Positions 28,785-37,222 of a stretch of 64,000 nt of DNA are shown here, piece after piece. The stretch spans positions 78,915 through 142,914 of the forward strand of contig JARLHZ010000034.1 in the NCBI GenBank assembly GCA_031291995.1. Reading direction: 5' to 3'. Positions within the stretch are counted from its first letter, which is position 1, and each line of letters begins with the position of its first letter. The position numbers and the translations under genes were made by a program. A model generated the notes under the pieces. It saw nothing but the letters and a program-made list of their open reading frames with translations. It searched no databases and was not told the DNA's origin. The stretch comes from Candidatus Doudnabacteria bacterium. GTDB taxonomy: Bacteria; Patescibacteriota; Doudnabacteria; UBA920.

Positions 28785-28815
28785 ATTATAGCGATTTTTA
28801 CGGATTTGGGCAAGG
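28785..28815 (-). promoter_or_regulatory. Candidate hppA promoter (TTGCCC, 17-nt spacer, TATAAT) about 38 nt upstream of the ATG
   Basis: The hexamers were read on the minus strand. Confidence 0.35.
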
Positions 28816-28826
28816 GAACTTTGGGT

Positions 28827-28996
28827 AACTGTTCACAAGCCTGAGTGAGGCCGAAAATCCTGCCGATTTTCCGCAGCTTGGGGGCTCCTCGTTCATCAGA
28901 CTGCGCCTGATATCACTACGCCTCCCAATCCTCGCAGCATAAAATTGCCAGTATTTCCGGCCTCCGGGTTTGTCCTACTCAAGATTGTGAACTGTT
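28827..28996. mobile_element. MITE-like element. A ~145-bp GC-rich hairpin-rich core is flanked by 12-bp terminal inverted repeats AACTGTTCACAA / TTGTGAACTGTT (11 of 12 complementary).
   Basis: Inverted repeats read from the sequence. The core GC is much higher than the surrounding AT-rich spacer. Confidence 0.45.
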
Positions 28997-29003
28997 ACAA
29001 CTT

Positions 29004-29100
29004 TGGATATTAGTTGATATTGGGATATTTATAGATATTAAAAAATACTGGCTTCCGCCAATATTCTTCAATATCAATTAATATCTACCAATATCAACTA
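29004..29100. repeat. GATATT / AATATC iteron-like palindrome. The left arm AGTTGATATTGG...AGATATTAA is mirrored by TTAATATCT..CCAATATCAACT on the right.
   Basis: At least five GATATT units and their reverse complements, symmetric about position ~29050. Confidence 0.5.
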
Positions 29101-29670
29101 CGATTGGAAATTAACCGTATGCACCAGCGCGTCAAACTGCGGCAGCAGATTAAAAGACTGGCCAACGTCAAAGGTGTAATAATAATTGCTGAATTTTATG
29201 CCAAACAGGGAATTTAGAACGTTATACGCCTGGATTCCGCCAATACTTTCGGTATTAAAAGGCAGCCCGTCCATAATATAAAAACTGCTCGGGCTTATGT
29301 AAATGGCAAAATTATAATATTTTGCCCCGGGGTCAACCTGTAATACCGTGTAACCGTTCTTTTTTTGAGCCGGCAGGATTTTCCAGCCGGGTTGATATTT
29401 AAAACTAAAGTGGTATTGGGAATCGCTGTACGTTTTCCAGTCTGATGTATCTACCGCCGGCGTCTCAGCCTGCGCGTTTTGGCTTTGATTTTGCGTTTGA
29501 GTGGCGTGGTAAGCCGTCATTTGGTAGTTGGAACCAAAACGCCCGCTGTAATTTTGGGTCGGTCCGGATAAATAAAGCCACCAAATGGTCAGGCACAAAT
29601 AAGAACCGATTAAAATCAAAACCAGCAAAACAAGGAAGCTTTTGGATTGTGGCGACATTTTGTTCTTCAT
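29098..29670 (-). CDS. Hypothetical membrane-anchored or secreted protein
   Basis: 190 aa with an N-terminal TM helix and a Tyr/Asn-rich extracytoplasmic domain. Confidence 0.45.
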   Translation of the reverse strand: MKNKMSPQSKSFLVLLVLILIGSYLCLTIWWLYLSGPTQNYSGRFGSNYQMTAYHATQTQNQSQNAQAETPAVDTSDWKTYSDSQYHFSFKYQPGWKILPAQKKNGYTVLQVDPGAKYYNFAIYISPSSFYIMDGLPFNTESIGGIQAYNVLNSLFGIKFSNYYYTFDVGQSFNLLPQFDALVHTVNFQS

Positions 29671-29751
29671 TTTGTTTCCGATAAGGGGACTTTATACCTT
29701 TAGGTGTATTATAAAATACTTTAATTAAGCCTGTCAAATTTGGCTTTAGTT

Positions 29752-29786
29752 TACGAAGTACGAAGCGTTACGAACTTACGAATGGA
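29752..29786. repeat. TACGAAG TACGAAG CGT TACGAAC T TACGAAT short tandem repeat
   Basis: Four TACGAA units read from the sequence. They are related to the GTACGTAAGTA repeats at 18590. Confidence 0.5.
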
Positions 29787-30404
29787 TACGCCTGCAGATA
29801 ACGGGCAGGAACCTTTATTTTCCGGTGCCAAAAAGTTTGTCCAGGCCCGCGTTGTTGCCGCAATAGTAAATGTGGGAAGTGAGGTTAACGCAATAACCGG
29901 GGTTTTTGCTAATAAAGGAATATTTGGGTAAAAACCAGTATAAAAAGAAGACTACAAGGATAATAACCAGGTAAAAAAAGATTTTCAACAGTTTAAACAT
30001 TTGGTTTCCAAATAGGGATTGTTAACTTAATTATATCACAAATATGGGATGGTTGGCGCCGGTATTTCAAGTAACTGCCCACCTGGCTGGCTTCCCGGTG
30101 GTTGAAAAGGAGTAAAAATCAAAACCGATCGATTTTTTGACTTCCATAAAAATACCAAACCCGGCGTTTTTTTTGCCGCCCCGCCGAGCTTTTTAGAATT
30201 TAAGTTGTTTAAAATTTGAGAAAAAGCCGGAGATTATATCAGGTTTTGCCCAAATCGCCATTTTGCTTAGCTTGTCTGGCAGTATTCATATCAAAAAAAG
30301 CTATTCAAAAACTGCCGCGGCATTTTTAAATGCCTTTTAAGCCGCTTGTTGCGGTATAAAAAACGGTATGGGATAATAACTTTGCCGCAAATTAACATTA
30401 AGTA

Positions 30405-31169
30405 ATGAGCAAAGCGCTAAAAAAATCCTATATTCGCCTGGTTAGTTTTAATGTCCACTCTGGTCGAAATACCAGGGAAATCGCGCAAGTTTTTGTCCGG
30501 GACAAAAATCTCTCTAAGGCGGACATTATTCTGCTGCAGGAAATAGAGTTTCATCAAGTTGAAAAAATTTGTCGCGCGGAATCAATTGCGCGGCATTTGG
30601 GTTTTCATTTTGTTTATGAACCCGCGCGGCAGCTTGGGGCTTCCGCCACCCACGGTCTGGCCATACTGAGCCGCTATCCCATTAAAAAGGCTCTCCCGAT
30701 ACGGCTTCCTGAATTTAGGCTATTATTTAAGCTTCAAACCAGGATTGCCTTGGTTGCCGGCATAAAAATATCCGGAATAAATATTACGGTTTGCAATATA
30801 CACTTGGATACCCGCCTTAACCCAAAACAAAGAATGCGCCAACTTAATGCATGTTTGACGCAGCTGAAAGAAGATTACGGGCAAAATATTATTATCGGAG
30901 GGGACTTTAACACGATCCCGTTCCGAACCGCGGCCGGAGGCATTCCTATTTTTTACTCTAATCAGGCAAAGCATCTTCATAAAAATATGATAGATATGGG
31001 TTTTAATCATTTTTGCGAACCTTTGGGCTTTACGATGACGAGCGGTTTTCTGAGGATGAGGCTCGACCATATTTATACCGACCGTCTGCCAATAGCCAAA
31101 TGCGGCGTGGAAAAAAATATCCATGTCTCTGACCATAAGCCGTTGTGGGCGGATATTGAAATTTTTTAG
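30405..31169 (+). CDS. Endonuclease/exonuclease/phosphatase (EEP) family hydrolase
   Basis: 254 aa with FNVHSG, LLQE, GGDFN and SDHKPL motifs. Confidence 0.75.
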   Translation: MSKALKKSYIRLVSFNVHSGRNTREIAQVFVRDKNLSKADIILLQEIEFHQVEKICRAESIARHLGFHFVYEPARQLGASATHGLAILSRYPIKKALPIRLPEFRLLFKLQTRIALVAGIKISGINITVCNIHLDTRLNPKQRMRQLNACLTQLKEDYGQNIIIGGDFNTIPFRTAAGGIPIFYSNQAKHLHKNMIDMGFNHFCEPLGFTMTSGFLRMRLDHIYTDRLPIAKCGVEKNIHVSDHKPLWADIEIF

Positions 31170-32473
31170 TATTGTTTTATAAACTTCACAAACAGCATCT
31201 CGCCGAGCCGGTCCCAAATTCCTCTTTTCTTCCACTGCTCCAGGTTGATTTGTTTCGCGTTTCGCTGATCTTTTAAAAATACACCGCCAAGCTCCCGGCC
31301 AAACCGCGGATTATAAATACCCAGAACATTTTCTTCATTAAGTTCCACCGAGCGAATGTCCATGTTGGACGAGCCAATAACCGACCAGGAGTCGTCTATT
31401 ATAAGCACTTTGCTGTGAATCATGGTGGGCTGGTACTCATAAATTTTTACTCCGGCTTTCAAGTATTTTTCAAAATAGTAATGGCTGGCCAGGCGGATTG
31501 GCTTGGCATCGGTCTTGTTGTTTGGCACCAGTAAGCGCACGTCAACTCCGGCCCGGGCGCGGTCCATAAGCGCGTGCCTTATATGATCGTCAGGAACAAC
31601 GTAGGAGGAATTTAAATAAATCTTTTTTTGGGCCGAAGCGATGGACAGCCAAAAAAATTTAGTCAGCGGCTGGGTATCGGACGCAGGGGAGCTGGCAACG
31701 CTGACATATTTACAGAGAGGACCCGTCTGCTCGGCCGGAGAAAATGCCGGATAAAATTTGCCGCCCTCCAGAATCTCTCCGTTAGTAGTGGCCCATAGTT
31801 GGGCGAAGGCGGCTTGCAGGCTTTTGGCCATATGGCCGCGGACTTCAAACATCATGTCCCTCCATTCTTTTTCATTGCGGGCGTTGCCCAGCCAGTGGTC
31901 TGCTACGGCCATGCCGCCGGTAAAGCCAATTTCACCGTCTATAACAATGGCTCTTCGGTGGTTTCGCCTGTGTAACCGGGAAAGCTTGCCAAAGCGGGCC
32001 AGGCGGAAGTGCTCTACGCGGCCTCCGGCGAGTTTAAGCCTGTCCATTCTTTTATATGATGCAAAAAATCCCCCAAACCCGTCCAAAAGCAGCCTGACTT
32101 CCACGCCTGCTTTAGCGCGTTCGAGCATAGCCTCAAAAATCGCCTTGCTCATAACCCCTTCTTCCCAAATATAGGTAGTAAAATTTATTGTTTGCCGCGC
32201 GTTCCGTATTGCTTCCAAAAGGGCCGCTAAAAATTCATCGCCGTTGTTTAAAATTTTTACGTCTTCGCCCTGCTCAATGGGGGAGTTGGAAAGCCGTGCA
32301 ATGGCTTGGATAAATTCTTCGGAATCGACGGGATGATTTTCGGTTACCGAGCGCTTTTTGGTGTGGTCGCCAAACGTGGAAAATAGCTCGAGGAGCACAT
32401 CAAATATAGCTATAACGCCAATAACCATTAGCAAAATTTTCCACCAAGCGAGATTGCCAAAAAAATGAATCAT
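31166..32473 (-). CDS. cls: Cardiolipin synthase / phospholipase D family protein
   Basis: 435 aa. There are two N-terminal TM helices and two HKD-type motifs. The first is HRRAIVID, with R in place of K. The second is HSKVLIIDD. Confidence 0.8.
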   Translation of the reverse strand: MIHFFGNLAWWKILLMVIGVIAIFDVLLELFSTFGDHTKKRSVTENHPVDSEEFIQAIARLSNSPIEQGEDVKILNNGDEFLAALLEAIRNARQTINFTTYIWEEGVMSKAIFEAMLERAKAGVEVRLLLDGFGGFFASYKRMDRLKLAGGRVEHFRLARFGKLSRLHRRNHRRAIVIDGEIGFTGGMAVADHWLGNARNEKEWRDMMFEVRGHMAKSLQAAFAQLWATTNGEILEGGKFYPAFSPAEQTGPLCKYVSVASSPASDTQPLTKFFWLSIASAQKKIYLNSSYVVPDDHIRHALMDRARAGVDVRLLVPNNKTDAKPIRLASHYYFEKYLKAGVKIYEYQPTMIHSKVLIIDDSWSVIGSSNMDIRSVELNEENVLGIYNPRFGRELGGVFLKDQRNAKQINLEQWKKRGIWDRLGEMLFVKFIKQY

Positions 32474-32837
32474 AAACGTTATACCTCACCCTTACTCGTA
32501 GAAGATCTGGGTGTCGCGTCTTTATTATTATATTATTGGACTTAAGTATACCAAAAAAATTTGGAATCGCAAAAGCAAGATACAAAAAAATCGCTCAACC
32601 AAAAGCGAAATTAGTGTTGGCTGTTGGCCTTGGTTTAGAACCTTGCCTTTGCCAATTCTTCAAAGTGTTTTTAGGAATTCAATTAATAAGTTTTTGATGC
32701 ACCCCGGTCAAGCTCGCTTGCGGATTTTTTAATCCAAATTTTAAAGGAACTTTTCTTTGAAGTAACTGCCTGCCCTTGCCTGGGGATTGCTCCTATCCGG
32801 ACTGCCCAGATGTAATCGGCATTTGCAATAATAAAGG

Positions 32838-33005
32838 TTCCCCGCCGCATGCAGCGGGGTATTACTGCAAAGACATCGCTACAATTGCGCGGCGAGCCGC
32901 GCGGTATTGAACCTTTCTTTCCGCCAAAGGCGGATCCGCCTCCGGCGGAAGCTCCCTGCCTGGCGGCAGGCAGTCCTCGGCTCGCTCGGCCATAAATGGC
33001 CGGAC
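32838..33005. repeat. Cluster of at least six consecutive GC-rich hairpins in an AT-rich intergenic region
   Basis: The hairpins are CCCCGC-CGCATGCA-GCGGGG, GCGCGG-CGAG-CCGCGC, CCGCC-AAA-GGCGG, TCCGCC-TCC-GGCGGA, CTGCCTG-GCGG-CAGGCAG and GGCCA-TAAA-TGGCC. The ORFs 32862..33134 and 32907..33119 are rejected as CDS. Confidence 0.5.
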
Positions 33006-33216
33006 TCGCTCTACGTCGCTAATAAAAGCAATAACACCAAGAGCCAGCCATCCGTAAGGTATGTCACGCAGACTAATAGAGTTTGTTTGCAGCAAGGAAA
33101 GAATCAAATCATAACCTAGCGGGATAAGGAACACAAATGACTATTTCTTCAGTGTGTAAACTTCCCATTGCCGGTTATTATCGTCTTTAACGATTCTCAT
33201 ATATTTTCAATGTAGA

Positions 33217-33498
33217 TTATTTTTTTCTTGAACCAACAATGGCCAACATCACAAACCCTAATCCCACGATTCCGATAAATATCCCAGCCAGTCCAAATGT
33301 TGAGTTGTAATGCACGGGAGTAGGCGCTGTTTGAAACCAGGAAATTCCACTTGTTGCTTTGTTAAATTCGTTAAAAAACAAAGCAAAGCCGCCGATGACC
33401 AATATTAGACCGACGGTTAAAGTTACTCGCCAATTTATATTCGTAAGTGATAATTTTATTAACGACGTAGGCGAGTCTGTTTTTGCTTGCAAAGACAA
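33217..33498 (-). CDS. Small two-TM membrane protein (island 2 cargo)
   Basis: 93 aa with two hydrophobic helices. Confidence 0.35.
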   Translation of the reverse strand: MSLQAKTDSPTSLIKLSLTNINWRVTLTVGLILVIGGFALFFNEFNKATSGISWFQTAPTPVHYNSTFGLAGIFIGIVGLGFVMLAIVGSRKK

Positions 33499-33662
33499 GC
33501 GAGCCGAGGAGTTAATACAGGTTCAATGCCTCGGAGCTCTGCTCCCAAGTAATAGTTGTTACCTTGCAGTTAATACCTCGTCAGCTCTGCTGCGAGGAAC
33601 CTTTATTTTTTTTGCCATCATTTTCATTTGGCTGGCCTTGTTTGACCAAGTTGGAACCGAGA

Positions 33663-34172
33663 TTAATAAAAATACCCCGCAAAATTTCTATCTAGATGCC
33701 CCACATTTCGTCTTGCAGGGACAGCGTCGGGTTTAAAAATTGCTTTCATGGAATATTCCTTACCCCAAATATCTTGATAACTTAATAATAACTTGCCTTC
33801 ATGAAATAAAGGGTTATACATAGCCTCAAAAGTAAGGCTCACATCCCATGTTAGGATTAAATGATCTTCGTATTTTCTAGGTAATAAATCGGAACCAAAA
33901 AACATCTCCTGATTTATTGGAACTAGGGTAGCTTTTATATTTTTTGCCAAACCGTTCCCAACATTTTTTATTATTAATTTTAGTAAATGAGGGTTTGCGA
34001 CATCTCCGATTTCTGGCTGAAGGATTGGAATTTGACTAACTCTGTTCTGTTGTATTGATTTGAACGCAAAGTAAGCGGAACCAACAGCGGCAAAAGCTGA
34101 CACGGCTGTTAATATGACATTAGCCCAATTATTGCCTGTTGAAATTTGAGGAGCGATGAAATGGTGATACAT
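33663..34172 (-). CDS. Membrane-anchored hypothetical protein with a beta-sandwich-like ectodomain (island 2 cargo)
   Basis: 169 aa. It has an N-terminal TM helix and an IKNVGNGLAKNIKATLV motif reminiscent of CARDB-type domains. Confidence 0.45.
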   Translation of the reverse strand: MYHHFIAPQISTGNNWANVILTAVSAFAAVGSAYFAFKSIQQNRVSQIPILQPEIGDVANPHLLKLIIKNVGNGLAKNIKATLVPINQEMFFGSDLLPRKYEDHLILTWDVSLTFEAMYNPLFHEGKLLLSYQDIWGKEYSMKAIFKPDAVPARRNVGHLDRNFAGYFY

Positions 34173-34181
34173 TGTAATTTA

Positions 34182-34865
34182 TTAAAATCCAAAAAATCTA
34201 AAAAATTTCCTAAGTTGTAATATAAGGTAATAATTAATTATTTTTACCATATGCCAGAGATAGGGAAACGGATTTCCAGATTTAAGTCTTTCAAAAGTAT
34301 TTGGCAATGTCCACCATAAGTCAATTAATTTTTGACTGCGCAACGCCCCTTTTTCATCAAAAAGATTTCCGTTTATATCTGTAAATAATAAATGAAATTC
34401 GTGTTTTGGGATATAAAAAGCTGCTCCTGGCTGAACCGGCTTTTTGCTATAAACCAATGCTTTGACATGGGTTCCAGTCAAACAAATTTGGAAATTAATC
34501 TTTAAATGTTTTCCTTCATAGGGTGAAAACAAAATCGGTAGAGAAATTTTATTTTGATTTCCGTCATGGACTTCTGCTCCAATTCCGTTTGTTAGCGACC
34601 TAGTTCTTGACCCATTATCCCAAATGACATATGAGATTTCTATAATTGAATTAGGCTCTAAGCTTTGATTTTTGATATGGCCATCAAAACTCAAATTGTA
34701 AAATTCCAAATTGTCTTTTTCTGTAACTCCTCCGGCCGAGCCTCTAAAGACAAACGAAAATCTTTTTTTCTTTTTAACATTTTGCCCTATGACATAAATA
34801 AGTGAAATCAGCCCGGACACCGAACCTATCTGAAGTATTATCGGCCAAATTTCTTTGATAGTCAT
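34182..34865 (-). CDS. Membrane-anchored hypothetical protein (island 2 cargo)
   Basis: 227 aa with an N-terminal TM helix and a KKKKR stop-transfer. No known catalytic motif. Confidence 0.45.
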   Translation of the reverse strand: MTIKEIWPIILQIGSVSGLISLIYVIGQNVKKKKRFSFVFRGSAGGVTEKDNLEFYNLSFDGHIKNQSLEPNSIIEISYVIWDNGSRTRSLTNGIGAEVHDGNQNKISLPILFSPYEGKHLKINFQICLTGTHVKALVYSKKPVQPGAAFYIPKHEFHLLFTDINGNLFDEKGALRSQKLIDLWWTLPNTFERLKSGNPFPYLWHMVKIINYYLILQLRKFFRFFGF

Positions 34866-34871
34866 AAATAT

Positions 34872-35600
34872 CTAAATTATCCTTTTCCAACGCTTGAATG
34901 CTTTTATGTCTGTGGAGTTTAAATCAAACCATTCACCATTCATTCGTTTTGAATCAAAACGCCTGTGCCAATACGCCTCAATGCCGCTTGGGTCATCGGT
35001 TTTAATGGAATGGATTAAGTCCATTTTTTCGGGTAACTGAATTCGGAGTTCGGTTCCGCGGCGGACGGTATCGTTGGTCTTTCCAATTTTATAATACCGA
35101 CCGTGTTTAAAAAGATATACTTCTCCCAAACTTTGGCTCGTGTCGTTACCAGAAAAAACATTTCCAGTACCAAATTTTTGGATAACTGATTCACATAATT
35201 TAATTATATCGTCGTATCCAGTTTTGCTTTTGCAATAATCCATCAATTTTTCAGCCATCTGATGTTTTGATGAACCCCAACGATAAAAGGCGCTTGTACT
35301 TGGGAATTCCGGATTGTTATTTTTTTCAACTTTAATCTCTCGCAATGTAGGAAATTTTCCTAACTTGTGTATTACTTCAATTATTTTATTTGCTAAAAAT
35401 TCATCTGAATACCCGGACTGAAATTCGTTTGGGGCAAAACCAGCTTCTTTTAGCGCATCACCAAAACGAGCCCAGTATTTTTCCCAGTCGTTTGCTTTAA
35501 TGACCGTTTCTTTTTCAAACCTACCCGCACCTAAAGGTTTACCACCATTTTCCTTTGCAGTGCGTTTTATCTCTTCTAAAATTTGTTGTTTGGTAAACAT
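34872..35600 (-). CDS. Protein with two homing-endonuclease-associated repeats plus a C-terminal T5orf172 (GIY-YIG-like) domain
   Basis: 242 aa. The N-terminus has two copies of the pattern ..ILEEIKR.AKE.G..P..........W...FG.W..AL.EAGF. The C-terminal motif GEVYLFKHGRYYKIGKT...E..LH..F...R..GEWF matches T5orf172/MUG113. Confidence 0.65.
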   Translation of the reverse strand: MFTKQQILEEIKRTAKENGGKPLGAGRFEKETVIKANDWEKYWARFGDALKEAGFAPNEFQSGYSDEFLANKIIEVIHKLGKFPTLREIKVEKNNNPEFPSTSAFYRWGSSKHQMAEKLMDYCKSKTGYDDIIKLCESVIQKFGTGNVFSGNDTSQSLGEVYLFKHGRYYKIGKTNDTVRRGTELRIQLPEKMDLIHSIKTDDPSGIEAYWHRRFDSKRMNGEWFDLNSTDIKAFKRWKRII

Positions 35601-35618
35601 TGTTTTTATAAAATTATT

Positions 35619-36632
35619 TTATAATTCGTCAGCTACAACTTGCCAAAACTCTAGGAGCTTAAAGTATCGAGCAAGCTGATTGTCTGTATGAAAATGTTTG
35701 CGTCTTTCGTCGCCTTGCTCAAAATTTGTCAGCACTTGATTTACATCAAATATTCTTAAACCATTTTTTGTAACTTTTAAATTAAATGGGTGCACCATAT
35801 CGTAAGGAATCTCTTTTGTCCGTTCCGGTAGTTGTCGAGCAATTTCGATAAATTTTACTAATTCATTTTTTATTTGCTGGGCTTTGTCTGGAATTTCAGT
35901 TTTAATTTGTTTAGCCCAAGATTTTGCGTTTTCAATAATCTGAATATCTAAAGGAACTTGTTCATATAAAAAATTACCCGCCCCCGGTCTACGAGTTGTA
36001 CCTGTTTCCATATAATCTTTAACAAGATGCGCGTTTAAATTTAACCCCTGAATACGAGGCTGAAACTCATAAAGATATTTAGGGCCATCGCGTTCCGGCT
36101 CTTTTTTGTTTTTTTCTGTTCCAATAACAAATTGAGTGGGGACAATAACATCTGGTAACTCTTCCGAAAAATAACCCTTTATTCTATCGTGTCGCTGTTT
36201 AAGTTTTTGAGCTTTTGATTCAATTGAATATTTATTTAAAACCCCGGCTACTAATTTTAGGTCAATATTAAGTCTCCGCCGGTCTTCTTCGGAAATCATA
36301 TCGAATACTTCTTCCGCATTTGGGTGGCGGCCAAGTGTATTACAAGCACCTTCAATTTCAAATTTTACCCAAGACTCTGACTTATTATTTTGTCCTGCTT
36401 CATCATCAAATAACTCATACCAAATGGAGCTATATTCATCCAAATAATATTTTTTTAATACAAAACCTTCCGGCACCATTTTTCTCATTTCTTGTGGAAT
36501 TCTCTTGAGTTCGCCTACAATTGAATAACTACCCTGATGATAATGCTTCTCGCCTATTTCCGGTTCTGTGAATCCGGGTTTTATAGAAGTTTCGGGTCTT
36601 AAAAAAGTTGGGCGGGGAAATTCTTTAGGCAT
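35619..36632 (-). CDS. Hypothetical protein (island 2 cargo). A protein-kinase-like fold is possible.
   Basis: 337 aa. The C-terminal DMVHPFNLKV...IFDVNQ loosely resembles a kinase catalytic loop followed by a DFG-like motif. Confidence in that resemblance is low. Confidence 0.5.
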   Translation of the reverse strand: MPKEFPRPTFLRPETSIKPGFTEPEIGEKHYHQGSYSIVGELKRIPQEMRKMVPEGFVLKKYYLDEYSSIWYELFDDEAGQNNKSESWVKFEIEGACNTLGRHPNAEEVFDMISEEDRRRLNIDLKLVAGVLNKYSIESKAQKLKQRHDRIKGYFSEELPDVIVPTQFVIGTEKNKKEPERDGPKYLYEFQPRIQGLNLNAHLVKDYMETGTTRRPGAGNFLYEQVPLDIQIIENAKSWAKQIKTEIPDKAQQIKNELVKFIEIARQLPERTKEIPYDMVHPFNLKVTKNGLRIFDVNQVLTNFEQGDERRKHFHTDNQLARYFKLLEFWQVVADEL

Positions 36633-36728
36633 ATAATTAGCTTGTTAAACAGGCACTAAAAATTAATCTATCTGCCCCTAAAATATAGCAAATTCTGCTT
36701 AAAAAATACAGCTCGGTGGATAACCGCC

Positions 36729-36858
36729 TTGACATAAACTTTGGAAGCGTTAAACTAAAAATGGTTAGTGTAAAAGCTAATCAGGGAGTGGGCTAGCCCA
36801 AGAGGGACTAGCGCCCAATGGCTACTACGCAACAAGCGGGAGTAGCTTTTTGTTTTTT
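36729..36858 (+). ncRNA. Candidate small RNA. A promoter (TTGACA-16-TAAACT) is followed about 80 nt later by a hairpin plus T-run terminator.
   Basis: A perfect -35 hexamer, the GGGCTAGCCC palindrome, and the hairpin CTACTACGC-AACAAGC-GGGAGTAG followed by CTTTTTGTTTTTT. Confidence 0.4.
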
Positions 36859-36887
36859 ATGTTCATACGATTCAAGTTATATTTTCT

Positions 36888-37102
36888 GCGCCGGGGTTTG
36901 TATGCGGTTCAGCGAGGGGCTTATTGGCTACACGAAAGAGCACTTTAACGATAAGCACCACAAATTGATGACAGACGACGAAGCTAATTCAGCAACTGAG
37001 GCTTTAGCTGATTTGTTTTTGCTAATGGCAAAGAGGCAGGCGGCGGGGCGGCCGCACCCCAACGGAGGGGCGGCGGCAACGCCGCCTGTTATACTCGATT
37101 AA
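36888..37102 (+). CDS. Small hypothetical protein
   Basis: The protein starts at the internal MRFSEGLIGYTKEH. The N-terminus of track ORF 36818..37102 overlaps the terminator hairpin. Confidence 0.3.
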
Positions 37103-37159
37103 TATAACACTTAATCCGAAAATGGTTATACGATAAAACTTTATATGCTGTCAAATATT

Positions 37160-37174
37160 TGTAAATTATTTACA
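37160..37174. repeat. Perfect inverted repeat TGTAAAT-T-ATTTACA about 50 nt upstream of the recombinase start
   Basis: Read from the sequence. It may be an operator or an attachment-site core. Confidence 0.5.
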
Positions 37175-37222
37175 TCCGGCGTATTATGGATTTGTAAAAA
37201 TCCTTAAAGAAACAAAAACTTT

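Noticed and set aside
28790-28995. Riboswitch in the hppA 5' UTR
   Set aside because: The best promoter candidate (TTGCCC-17-TATAAT) lies between this GC-rich segment and the hppA start. The segment is therefore upstream of the transcription start rather than in the leader. It is reinterpreted as a MITE-like element.
32760-33140. RNase P RNA, tmRNA or SRP RNA in the GC-hairpin cluster
   Set aside because: I looked for GGAAAGUCCGG and AGGGUGAAA (RNase P), a tRNA-like 3' end with CCA (tmRNA) and the SRP domain IV motif. None is present. It is kept only as an unexplained structured region.
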